DNA of 64,000 nucleotides from Octopus vulgaris (taxonomy: Eukaryota), in NCBI GenBank assembly GCA_951406725.2, contig OX597821.1, positions 61,504,001 to 61,568,000 on the forward strand, written 5' to 3'. Within the stretch, counting starts at the first letter, position 1. Every line of letters begins with the position of its first letter. The notes below the pieces were generated by a model. It saw only the letters and a list, made by a program, of their open reading frames with translations, was not told where the DNA came from and did no database searches. Positions 32,300 to 43,429 of the stretch are shown here, in pieces. Both the position numbers and the translations under genes were made by a program.

Positions 32300-33940
32300 G
32301 CTCTAGAAAACGGACATCACTCAAAATTATGAACGGAGAAATGGAATAAATGGAATTAAAAATTATATTCACTTGGTAAAACGAACACTACTTAAAAATT
32401 ATGAATGAAACAATGCAATAAAACAACAGACATCGCAAATATACACAAATTACTACGAATTCCTTAACAAACCTACCATGATAAACCAAAACTCACAAAA
32501 ACATATAATGATAAAATCTCCCTTTACTAAACTCTATAACATACCTATATAGCAATCCCCCTAACCTAAACATTCACACACAAATACACACACGTAAACC
32601 ACACACCCACGACATATACAAATACCCACACCACTTACACATACCAATACATACATATAAACCTCAACATATACTCCAAAAACCCACTCAACCCCACACA
32701 GACAAATAAACACAAAAAAATATGAATGGATTCTTTTATAAAACTACCATGATAAGCTAAAACTCACAAAACAGAAATGATAAAACCTCCCTTTACTAAA
32801 CACTATAACATACTTATATAGCAATCCCTTTAACCTATACATTCACACACAAAAACACACACGTAAACCACACACCCATAACAAATACAAACACCCACCC
32901 CACTCACACACACCCACAAGTACATATAAGCCTCAACATATACACCAAACAAAATTACTTTACCAAGGAACTTAACATATGTATAAAAAGTATAACCGCT
33001 CCGGAAACGAACATCTCTAAATTAATGAATGGAGAAATGGAATAAATGGAATTAAAAATAATATTCACGTGGCAAAACGAACACCACTCAAAGATTATGA
33101 ATGAAACAATGCAATAAAACAACCAACATCGAAAATAAACAAATTACCACGAATTCCCTAAAAAAAACCATGATAAACCAAAACTCTTAAAAACATATAA
33201 CGATAAAATCTCCCTTTGCTAAACTCTATAACAAACCTATATAGCAATCCCCCTAACCTAAACATTCACACACAAATACACACACGTAAACCACAGACCC
33301 ACGACTTATACACATACCTATACTAACTTATAAACCTCAATATACACCAAAATCCACTCCCTCCACACACAGACAAATTAACACATACATCCCAAAACCT
33401 AAATAACAAACCCATATACACATTCACACACAAACACACACACAGGCAAAACACACACACACAACAGATACATATACTCCCTCACATATACGCATATACA
33501 TACTCACTAAACTCGATATATACAACAATATTTACACACCCACACTCATACAGATAAATAAATTATACAACTAAAAACTCACACACAATCTCATATACAT
33601 AAACACTCCTATGAAAACAACATTAAATACATCGTAATTAACCAGAATATCAAAAATAACAATATGACATAAGGATAAATAAAATACATACTTACAAGTC
33701 AGTTTCAAATTATAAAGTGAAATTAAATTCTTAGCCGTTAAAAAAATCAAACCAAAATTACGTTACCATAGAAATAACTTATGTAAAAAAAGAATACGCG
33801 TCATGGAAAGTAAACGTCATTTAAAATTATGAATGGAGAAAAAGAATAAATGGAACTAAAAACTATATCCACGTGGCAAACCAACACTACTTAAAAAAAT
33901 TTATTATGAATGGATTCTTTAAAAAACTACCATGAAAAAT
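32300..33940. repeat. Diverged tandem modules within the arm (C/A-rich strand)
   Basis: The module AAATTATGAA(C/T)GGAGAAA..GAATAAATGGAA occurs at ~32324, 33018 and 33824. The module ACCATGATAA...CTCCCTTT.CTAAAC.CTATAAC...ATAGCAATCCC occurs at ~32475, 32746 and 33167. Confidence 0.85.
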
Positions 33941-35363
33941 CATTATATACATTTATGAGCTTTAGCTCACCTTAGCAGCTCTAACAAACAACTTGCAGCA
34001 ACCCAAACCTATTCTCGATGCCTACCTCACTACTACACTATTCCACTCACAATTCCAAGCAACGCTAGTCCACCACCCGGTTACAATTCCCAACTCCACC
34101 CATTCATTCACAATTTCAACGACGTTCGCCTCCACAGCGCTACATATAAGCCTCAACATATACACCGGAGATTCACATCCGTGCGGATGGGTGAGAGTAT
34201 ACATTGAGTGTAGTGATGGGGCTCCCATTACTATACACATTTGTACCTGTGTGGTAGTCTCCATGTGTATATTCACGCACGGGTATAAATGCAGGGGGTA
34301 CACGCGCACGTCATTAGCGTGTACCCCCTCACATGTACATATGCATGCTATTTGGGCTCGATATATGCAACAATGTAATCGCGCCCGCATACATGCATAT
34401 GGGCGAGTTGCACAATCAAAAAACGCACACATGTGTGTGTGCGTTCCCTGGTTGTGCAATTCACCCATCTTGGTGTGAGTGGGTGTAAACGTATCGCTGT
34501 GGATGTCGAGCTTGATACGTATGTATATGAGTGTGTATTGGGGGGTTGTACGTATTTATTGTATGCATGTGCTTCACGCACGTGCGTCCATGTATGGATG
34601 AATATATTGGGATTGCTATGTGGGTGTAAATTGGGTATGGAGGGGGGAGTTTTGTCATTGTATGGGTGTGGGTTTCATATGTGATGGTGGTTAGTTGGTA
34701 ATTTTTGGTATGTTCTGTATATTTGGGTTAGTTATGTATTATTCTAGTGTGTATAATTGTATACACAATTTTTGGGGATGTATGTGTTTATTTATCCATA
34801 TGGGGCGGGAGTGGCCGTTAGGTGTATATGTTGAGGCTCACATGCAATTCCAGGTACAGCGAATGAAGTGGGCACTTACATTTGTTATGGGTGTGTGTAC
34901 TTTATTATAACAGACAATACCCAAATAAAATCTGTCAATTCAACATACCAAATAAAAAACAAAAAACAAAGGGATCATAAACATTCACACATACATACAA
35001 AACTCAATAAAAACACCACTAAATAACACCCATCAACATATAAATATATCCTCCAAAATACATATAGCAAATGCATTATAAAAATACATAATAAAATAAA
35101 ATAAAAATAAAAAAATAAAAAAATAAAAAAAATAAAAAATAAAAAAATATATAAATAAAGAAAATAAAAAAATCTAATCTAAATTATTAAAGTTTTAACA
35201 TACCATATACTGTTAAAATAATATACATTAAAAATGAACTAATTAAAACAAAGAAATATCAATAAAGACTAACTATAATTAAATCCTAGACAACATAACC
35301 AAAAATATATTATCTAAACTAATTTAAACTAAACTAAAGTAACCTAAAAGGGAACTATTATTG

Positions 35364-37233
35364 CTATTTATCATGAAACTTATTATATAGGTAAAGTAAC
35401 TTATGTCTGCATTTTATTTTGCGCTCTTCACCAGTATTAAGTAAATTATCATACTTATAAAATAAAATTTCTTTAAACTCATTAGAGCATAAATAACAAC
35501 AATTAGCTCCTATAGTATATGATTTAGTTTTACAAATTATTTCCCAAATTAAACTATAATTAATATTTAGTGATTTAAGACTCCAAATGTACTTACTAAG
35601 TCCGGTTGAGTTGATTAAGTTTTTATTTTTAAAAGAATTCATATGTTGTGCGATTCTTAGTTTTATTTTTGAGGAAGTAGAACCTATATAAACCGCTTTT
35701 GTGTAATTATTATTCTTAAAGTTATTATCATGTAATGTAACTATACATTTATACACTACATCGTTAATATCACAATTATTGTTTAATATACAATTAGATT
35801 TATCTCTACATGTACAATTAATATAAGTCTTATCATTATTAATATTATTATCAAATAATTTCTTTTTATAAAAATTATTCAGTTTATATTTATTAAATAA
35901 AGAAATAATGTTACCAACATTATTAGTGGTAGAGTAACCAACTCCAAAATTATTAAAAGAGAAAATGTTTCTATATTTACGATTATCTCTAATAAATAGT
36001 TCTATAACATCTAAAATCTCTTTAATAATATTCGTTTTTACTTGATCTCCATAAGGAACTATTAACCAAATTTTATTCTTATTAACCTTATTATTATTAT
36101 CATTATTATAAATATTTTTATTTTATTAAAATTATTATCAGAATTATATCTATGTACAGCATTTAAGGAATTATTAATATTATTAAATTTATCAATATAA
36201 TTATAATAATTATTAAATTTATTTTTATTTTTATTATTCTTATTTATATTATTATTATTATATTTATTATTATTATTATTATTCTTATTTATATTTTTAT
36301 CATTTTTTATAATTATTATTAGAAGTATCTCGAAAATTAACAATTAAATCTTTATCACTAATATTATAAAATTTAATATTCCTATTATAACCTGCCCCTC
36401 TAAGGGCCTCATTATAATATTTAGCATGTTTATTAAAAATCTCTATATCATAAGAGAGTAATGAAATACGTTTACTTATATTATTAATCAACGATTTTTT
36501 AATAGAAAATGGGTGATTACTATTAACATTTATATATCTAAGGTTCTCATTAAGTTTATGATATGGTTGTGTTTTACCTGTAATAAGATTAAAATTAACA
36601 TCTAAATAATTAACATTATAATTCTCCTTATATATAGTAATACTTAAACCATATCTTTTAAAGAAACTATATAGTTTTTTCTTATATACTTCTAGATTCC
36701 TATTAGTACAATTCTTTGTAACTAGTAGAAGATCGTATCTATATAAACCACCCTCTATCTTAAGATTTTCTAATTGGAGTTCAGATAAAAGAAAAATACC
36801 TACTAAATCAGTAGCCTGTGCAGAATCTGGTGCTCCCATAGGTATATCAAAAAAATCTCTAGTATCATTCCTAGCCCATAATTTATTTTTATATTTAATT
36901 AGCGATTTCCTAGCCATTTTAATTACATTAACTTCTTCCCGTGACATACCCACTTTATTCATTGCGAAAATAAGCGCTTTATTAAACACAATTTCATTAA
37001 TAGAAGAATAATAATTATCTATATCTATTTGAATAAATTTATAACGATTTTTATCTTTAATATTATTAAACCATTTCAATGTATTATTATTACTAAACCA
37101 TAATTTAAAATAATTAAGTTTATTTAACTTATCAATATATTTATCTAAAATAAATTTACTTAATTTACCTAGGTCCGATTAACATGGGCAAATTAATCTA
37201 ACTTTAGGGTCTGAATAAAAATTATCTTTATGG
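35364..37233 (-). pseudogene. Naiad-type PLE reverse transcriptase-GIY-YIG ORF, disrupted and 5'-truncated
   Basis: RT: HKDNFYSDPKVRLICPC*SDLGKLSK, FIQIDIDNYYSSI, IPMGAPDSAQATDLVG, LYRYD (for YRDD), NYLDV, YINVNSNHP. Linker: IWLIVPYGDQVKTNI...VGYSTTNN. Endonuclease: NCTCRDKSNCILNNNC..DVVYKC...VYIGST...R..QH...STGLSKYIW...CYLCSNE...LLN...KCRH. It has one stop (~37180) and two compensating frameshifts in an Asn-rich tract. Confidence 0.9.
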
Positions 37234-40177
37234 TATGAAACCCACACCCATACAATGACAAAACTCCCCCCTCCATACCCAATTTACACCCACATAGCAA
37301 TCCCAATATATTCATCCATACATGGACGCACGTGCGTGAAGCACATGCATACAATAAATACGTACAACCCCCCAATACACACTCATATACATACGTATCA
37401 AGCTCGACATCCACAGCGATACGTTTACACCCACTCACACCAAGATGGGTGAATTGCACAACCAGGGAACGCACACACACATGTGTGCGTTTTTTGATTG
37501 TGCAACTCGCCCATATGCATGTATGCGGGCGCGATTACATTGTTGCATATATCGAGCCCAAATAGCATGCATATGTACATGTGAGGGGGTACACGCTAAT
37601 GACGTGCGCGTGTACCCCCTGCATTTATACCCGTGCGTGAATATACACATGGAGACTACCACACAGGTACAAATGTGTATAGTAATGGGAGCCCCATCAC
37701 TACACTCAATGTATACTCTCACCCATCCGCACGGATGTGAATCTCCGGTGTATATGTTGAGGCTTATATGTAGCGCTGTGGAGGCGAACGTCGTTGAAAT
37801 TGTGAATGAATGGGTGGAGTTGGGAATTGTAACCGGGTGGTGGACTAGCGTTGCTTGGAATTGTGAGTGGAATAGTGTAGTAGTGAGGTAGGCATCGAGA
37901 ATAGGTTTGGGTTGCTGCAAGTTGTTTGTTAGAGCTGCTAAGGTGAGCTAAAGCTCATAAATGTATATAATGATTTTTCATGGTAGTTTTTTAAAGAATC
38001 CATTCATAATAAATTTTTTTAAGTAGTGTTGGTTTGCCACGTGGATATAGTTTTTAGTTCCATTTATTCTTTTTCTCCATTCATAATTTTAAATGACGTT
38101 TACTTTCCATGACGCGTATTCTTTTTTTACATAAGTTATTTCTATGGTAACGTAATTTTGGTTTGATTTTTTTAACGGCTAAGAATTTAATTTCACTTTA
38201 TAATTTGAAACTGACTTGTAAGTATGTATTTTATTTATCCTTATGTCATATTGTTATTTTTGATATTCTGGTTAATTACGATGTATTTAATGTTGTTTTC
38301 ATAGGAGTGTTTATGTATATGAGATTGTGTGTGAGTTTTTAGTTGTATAATTTATTTATCTGTATGAGTGTGGGTGTGTAAATATTGTTGTATATATCGA
38401 GTTTAGTGAGTATGTATATGCGTATATGTGAGGGAGTATATGTATCTGTTGTGTGTGTGTGTTTTGCCTGTGTGTGTGTTTGTGTGTGAATGTGTATATG
38501 GGTTTGTTATTTAGGTTTTGGGATGTATGTGTTAATTTGTCTGTGTGTGGAGGGAGTGGATTTTGGTGTATATTGAGGTTTATAAGTTAGTATAGGTATG
38601 TGTATAAGTCGTGGGTCTGTGGTTTACGTGTGTGTATTTGTGTGTGAATGTTTAGGTTAGGGGGATTGCTATATAGGTTTGTTATAGAGTTTAGCAAAGG
38701 GAGATTTTATCGTTATATGTTTTTAAGAGTTTTGGTTTATCATGGTTTTTTTTAGGGAATTCGTGGTAATTTGTCTATTTTCGATGTTGGTTGTTTTATT
38801 GCATTGTTTCATTCATAATTTTTGAGTGGTGTTCGTTTTGCCACGTGAATATTATTTTTAATTCCATTTATTCCATTTCTCCATTCATTAATTTAGAGAT
38901 GTTCGTTTCCGGAGCGGTTATACTTTTTATACATATGTTAAGTTCCTTGGTAAAGTAATTTTGTTTGGTGTATATGTTGAGGCTTATATGTACTTGTGGG
39001 TGTGTGTGAGTGGGGTGGGTGTTTGTATTTGTTATGGGTGTGTGGTTTACGTGTGTGTTTTTGTGTGTGAATGTATAGGTTAAAGGGATTGCTATATAAG
39101 TATGTTATAGTGTTTAGTAAAGGGAGGTTTTATCATTTCTGTTTTGTGAGTTTTAGCTTATCATGGTAGTTTTATAAAAGAATCCATTCATATTTTTTTG
39201 TGTTTATTTGTCTGTGTGGGGTTGAGTGGGTTTTTGGAGTATATGTTGAGGTTTATATGTATGTATTGGTATGTGTAAGTGGTGTGGGTATTTGTATATG
39301 TCGTGGGTGTGTGGTTTACGTGTGTGTATTTGTGTGTGAATGTTTAGGTTAGGGGGATTGCTATATAGGTATGTTATAGAGTTTAGTAAAGGGAGATTTT
39401 ATCATTATATGTTTTTGTGAGTTTTGGTTTATCATGGTAGGTTTGTTAAGGAATTCGTAGTAATTTGTGTATATTTGCGATGTCTGTTGTTTTATTGCAT
39501 TGTTTCATTCATAATTTTTAAGTAGTGTTCGTTTTACCAAGTGAATATAATTTTTAATTCCATTTATTCCATTTCTCCGTTCATAATTTTGAGTGATGTC
39601 CGTTTTCTAGAGCGTGAATGTGGGTTGTATGTGTGTGTGTGTGGGAGTATGAATAAGTATTGTGTTGAAGTATTTAGCTATTTTATTTATTTATAGTTGC
39701 CTAGACGTTTTTATGTGTATGTATAGGGATATATATATAGGTGTGTGGTTTAGTGTATGTAGTTAGATATGGTTATATATAATTAGGTATATGTGTATGG
39801 GTGTATATATAGTTTATTATTATATTATTATTATTTTTTTGTTTTGTTTTATATTTTATATTTTATATTTAATTGTTGATAGGTTTATTTTAGTTTATAT
39901 ATTGTTTATATATTGATTATATATGGATTATATATAGGTTATATATGGATTATATATTTATATTTTTTCATTCATACTTTAATTATTTTAAAATTATTAT
40001 TTGTATATTTTAAAATATTGATATTTTAGATTGAAGTCCACCTGAATATTGTCGATCAAGACAAGAAACGATTGTAGTGGCGGTTTTTTTGACTATTTAT
40101 TAAAATTTTATGTATTGATTAAGTCTTTCCTTGTTTGTTTTGCAAAATAGTGGTTTTGTCTCTAATAATATTTTATA
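37234..40177. repeat. Right arm of the 2944-bp inverted repeat
   Basis: Reverse complement of 31736-34679, followed by ~80 bp of unpaired tail before (TTA)n(TA)n. Confidence 0.97.
40038..40080 (+). ncRNA. Minimal hammerhead-like motif (G8U variant)
   Basis: CCAC CTGAATA TTGTCgatcaaGACAA GAAA C gatt GTA GTGG. Stems I and II pair perfectly and stem III is minimal. The core is CUGAAUA instead of CUGANGA. Confidence 0.65.
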
Positions 40178-40252
40178 ATATTTTACTATAAAATTGGATT
40201 TAATCCTAAATCTGATTTTTTTCCCTGTAAATTTGGATTTATTCCCTAATAT

Positions 40253-40311
<59 letters not shown>

Positions 40312-41156
40312 ACGGCTTTAACAAATGACCTGTTTTAAATTGTTACTGAACAATGTAGAGACCATTGAACTTACACTTACCCCATTGTGGACCATAGGCG
40401 GTTTCTTGGTATTAATTTCCTGTGAGTTAATTTTTTTCTTTAGTAATCTACGTTAATTCGTTTACCTTCATTTAAGTTTTCTCCGTTAACATACGTTTGA
40501 ACTTTGACTTTTATGTTTGTATTTCCTTTACAACTTGATAACTTATTTTTTATAACACCCTGACACCCACTCCTAACTGCTTTCTCCCGTTAATAATTTT
40601 AGTTTTCCTTAGTCCTTTAATAGCTCGCTCTCACACCTACGCTCTTTGAAACCTGATGTGCATTTAACATACTAGGCTTCTAGACTTATTGCCGAAGACA
40701 TGTTTTCCTTTCTTTTTCCTTCTTCCGCCTGTTTATACTGTATGCTCTTCTTTTTTCACTTTGAAGATCTGTTGCCTTAATTCGAATGCCCCATGAAAGT
40801 GAATAATTTTATTCTCGCATTTATGTGTAGACTGCATTAAGGTATTTTGTTTAGCAACAGCCGTTTGTTACGTCATGCATTGTATCAATAAATATGATTT
40901 AAATTGTTGTCCTATCGATCAGCTGGTTAATCTATGTTTTTCTCTACTTTGTAATTATTTGCATTGGTCCCTGATAAATTTTGTTTAATATATATTAATT
41001 TGAGTTATATTTTTTGTATCTAAATATGTTGATACGACAGAAACGATCGTCGGCTTATAAAGGGAATTCAACAATTAAAGATGTGATATTTTCTATCTGT
41101 ACTTTTGTTATATAATATATATATATACATACGTGCATACATAACACACACACACA

Positions 41157-41227
<71 letters not shown>

Positions 41228-41241
41228 GTATATATATAAAC

Positions 41242-41272
<31 letters not shown>

Positions 41273-41954
41273 TATACATATAGATATAAAACTTACTTGG
41301 AAGAGAATGGGTGAAGTTCAATCATATAATAATATGAATTATATATATGAATATATACATACGTATATGTGCATACTTACATCTATGCGTATATATAATA
41401 TATATATATATATATTTGTGTGTGTGTGTGTGTGTGCATATGTGGGCACATGAGGTCACGAAGGGTGTACAACAAAAATGTACATGGAACGTGAACAACG
41501 AAATACGCAAATGGAAAGCAAAGCAAACGACATAAAAAATTACCCTTCTGGCTGTTTTTCTAGTCTCGTATTTCGAGTATTTAACAACACTATACGCTTC
41601 CGATAAAATAGCTGCTCCAGAAAGCAAATTACATAAAATTTGTGATTTTGCAGAGGGTCAAAATAGGTAACACAAAAAGGATAGTGAAAACAAACAGGGA
41701 GGGCTGCTAAGCCTAAACGTAGTTGTGTTGGCGAACGCATAAATCAAGCTAGGACAGAAGGTTGTCCGCTTTAACAATTATATATCCGCGATATCGGAAA
41801 TCTGCAATAGCTCCATTACTATCATCTCGGCTGCAAACTTGGAGACTTATTAATCCGTAAAAGCACTTTCCTAGCGTATCTAATTGTTTAGGTCAGCAGT
41901 GAACTACCCCGCCATACTTTGTGTGTATATATAAATAGTTATAATTTATATAAA

Positions 41955-42130
41955 AACTAAAGACAGGTGTATGAACAACAAACAAGTGTATTATTTTGAC
42001 GCTCAGGAAAACTGAAAAAAGTCTTATACGTTTCGAGCCTACTCTATTCAACAGATAGGAATAAGAGAAAATAAACAAAGACAGAATTTAAAAAAAACTT
42101 GTAGATTCCAGCGGTCCAGCATGGCGAATG
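41955..42130 (-). mobile_element. Copy of the ~190-bp HHR-like pLTR family
   Basis: Minus strand reads CTGTTGA ATAGagtaggCTC GAAACGTA. It is colinear with 13971-14160. Confidence 0.65.
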
Positions 42131-42322
42131 CGTTGATATGTGTATATAGCTTTAGTAAATTGCGATAAATATCATGAAGAAAAATAGTATAATCTTTGAA
42201 GGTATTGCCTGAAGATCTATTAGAAAGAACTTGTCAAATGTGTCACATAGTGGCACCATGTGGTTGGGAAAGAAACGTTTTACCACACACCCATATATAT
42301 ATATTATAATATATTATAATTA

Positions 42323-42477
42323 ATATCAGAAAATCAAGATTAGAAAATTCTTCAGAAAGATATATACGTGTGTAAAATAATTGTTGTATTAAATATATAT
42401 ATATATATATATATTTAATACAGCAATAATATTACACACGTATATATCTTTCTGAAGAATTTTCTAATATTGATTTC

Positions 42478-42484
<7 letters not shown>
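42323..42484. repeat. Imperfect palindrome with ~70-bp arms centred on (TA)n
   Basis: ATTAGAAAATTCTTCAGAAAGATATATACGTGTGTAA pairs with TTACACACGTATATATCTTTCTGAAGAATTTTCTAAT. Confidence 0.9.
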
Positions 42485-42525
<41 letters not shown>

Positions 42526-42648
42526 ATATAGAGGGCATTATTATACATACATGCCACCCGCTAAGAGGGACAAAATTAGTCATTTCTACCAAAAATTTTA
42601 CTAATCCCACCGAATGCAATTTTTCAAAGTAAGACATTTAAAAATATG

Positions 42649-42695
42649 GACTTGTATCACCTGTGATTTCATACCTCTGTATTCATCAGCAAGTC
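42649..42695 (-). ncRNA. Type I hammerhead ribozyme (minus-strand copy)
   Basis: Exact mirror of 43106-43152. Confidence 0.88.
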
Positions 42696-43105
42696 TGGAC
42701 GTATTATAAATAAACGACCCTACATCGTCAAAGCCGGGCAGCCAACTGGCCAACATCAACGACGCACATGGGTTAGTTTACATATATTACATCCGGTAAA
42801 TGGCAAACTTTTACGAATTGCATTTCGGGAAAGGAAAAGTTTTTTCGGAATAAAAATTTATTCTCTTATGAGGTTTTTCACGCTATCTACCCGATAATTT
42901 CTTGTTAAGTTTTCCTTATTAAGAAGTTGTCCTTAATTGCTAAATTTTTATTCCGAAAAAACTTTTCCTTTCCCGAAATGCAATTCGTAAAAGTTTGCCA
43001 TTTACCGGATGTAATATATGTAAACTAACCCATGTGCGTCGTTGATGTTGGCCAGTTGGCTGCCCGGCTTTGACGATGTAGGGTCGTTTATTTATAATAC
43101 GTCCA

Positions 43106-43152
43106 GACTTGCTGATGAATACAGAGGTATGAAATCACAGGTGATACAAGTC
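43106..43152 (+). ncRNA. Type I hammerhead ribozyme
   Basis: GACTTG CTGATGA ATACagagGTAT GAAA TCACagGTGA TA CAAGTC. All three stems pair, the core is canonical, and the cleavage triplet is AUA. Confidence 0.9.
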
Positions 43153-43383
43153 CATATTTTTAAATGTCTTACTTTGAAAAATTGCATTCGGTGGGATTAG
43201 TAAAATGTTTGGTAGAAATGACTAATTTTACCCTCTTAGCGTGTGGCATGTATCTATATATAAATTTAATATGTTCAATAAGAAAGAATTATTTTCGAAA
43301 TTTTTTCTCTTATGAGGTTTTTCACGCTATCTACCCGATAATTTCTTGTTAAGTTTTCCTTATTAAGAAGTTGTCCTTAATTG

Positions 43384-43427
<44 letters not shown>

Positions 43428-43429
<2 letters not shown>

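Larger units (their letters stand above)
31736..34679. repeat. Left arm of a 2944-bp inverted repeat
   Basis: Reverse complement of 37234-40177. Paired coordinates sum to 71913 at both ends and internally (mirror ORFs 33993-34478 / 37435-37920). I saw only a handful of substitutions. Confidence 0.97.
31736..40260 (-). mobile_element. Naiad-type Penelope-like retroelement, 5'-truncated, with an inverted duplication of its 3' region
   Basis: RT and GIY-YIG lie on the minus strand in the spacer. Minimal HHR motifs sit near both outer ends, and (TA)n arrays flank the whole structure. Confidence 0.88.
42542..43386. mobile_element. HHR-bearing element: ~318-bp inverted arms (42542-42860 / 42941-43258) around an 80-bp spacer that is directly repeated at 43305-43384
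   Basis: Paired coordinates sum to 85801 over most of the arms. The spacer matches the 3' tail with a 444-bp period. (TA)n flanks both sides. Confidence 0.9.

Noticed and set aside
32300-33940. CRISPR-like repeat-spacer array
   Set aside because: The repeats are long, diverged and irregularly spaced, with no unique spacers or cas genes, in a eukaryotic context.
36290-36310. TGA ending the RT ORF as selenocysteine read-through (some Naiads encode Sec; RT and GIY-YIG are in the same frame)
   Set aside because: The TGA is followed at once by several in-frame TAA codons, lies in an Asn-rich tract, and the conserved Cys positions use ordinary Cys codons. Compensating frameshifts explain it better.
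33993-37920. Mirror-image ORFs of 148-161 aa
   Set aside because: They result from the inverted repeat and from loss of stop codons in the G-enriched segment. No protein motifs are present.
31736-40177. DNA transposon (Polinton or foldback) with giant TIRs
   Set aside because: The spacer encodes PLE RT and GIY-YIG, not a transposase or integrase, and the RT is truncated exactly at the arm boundary.
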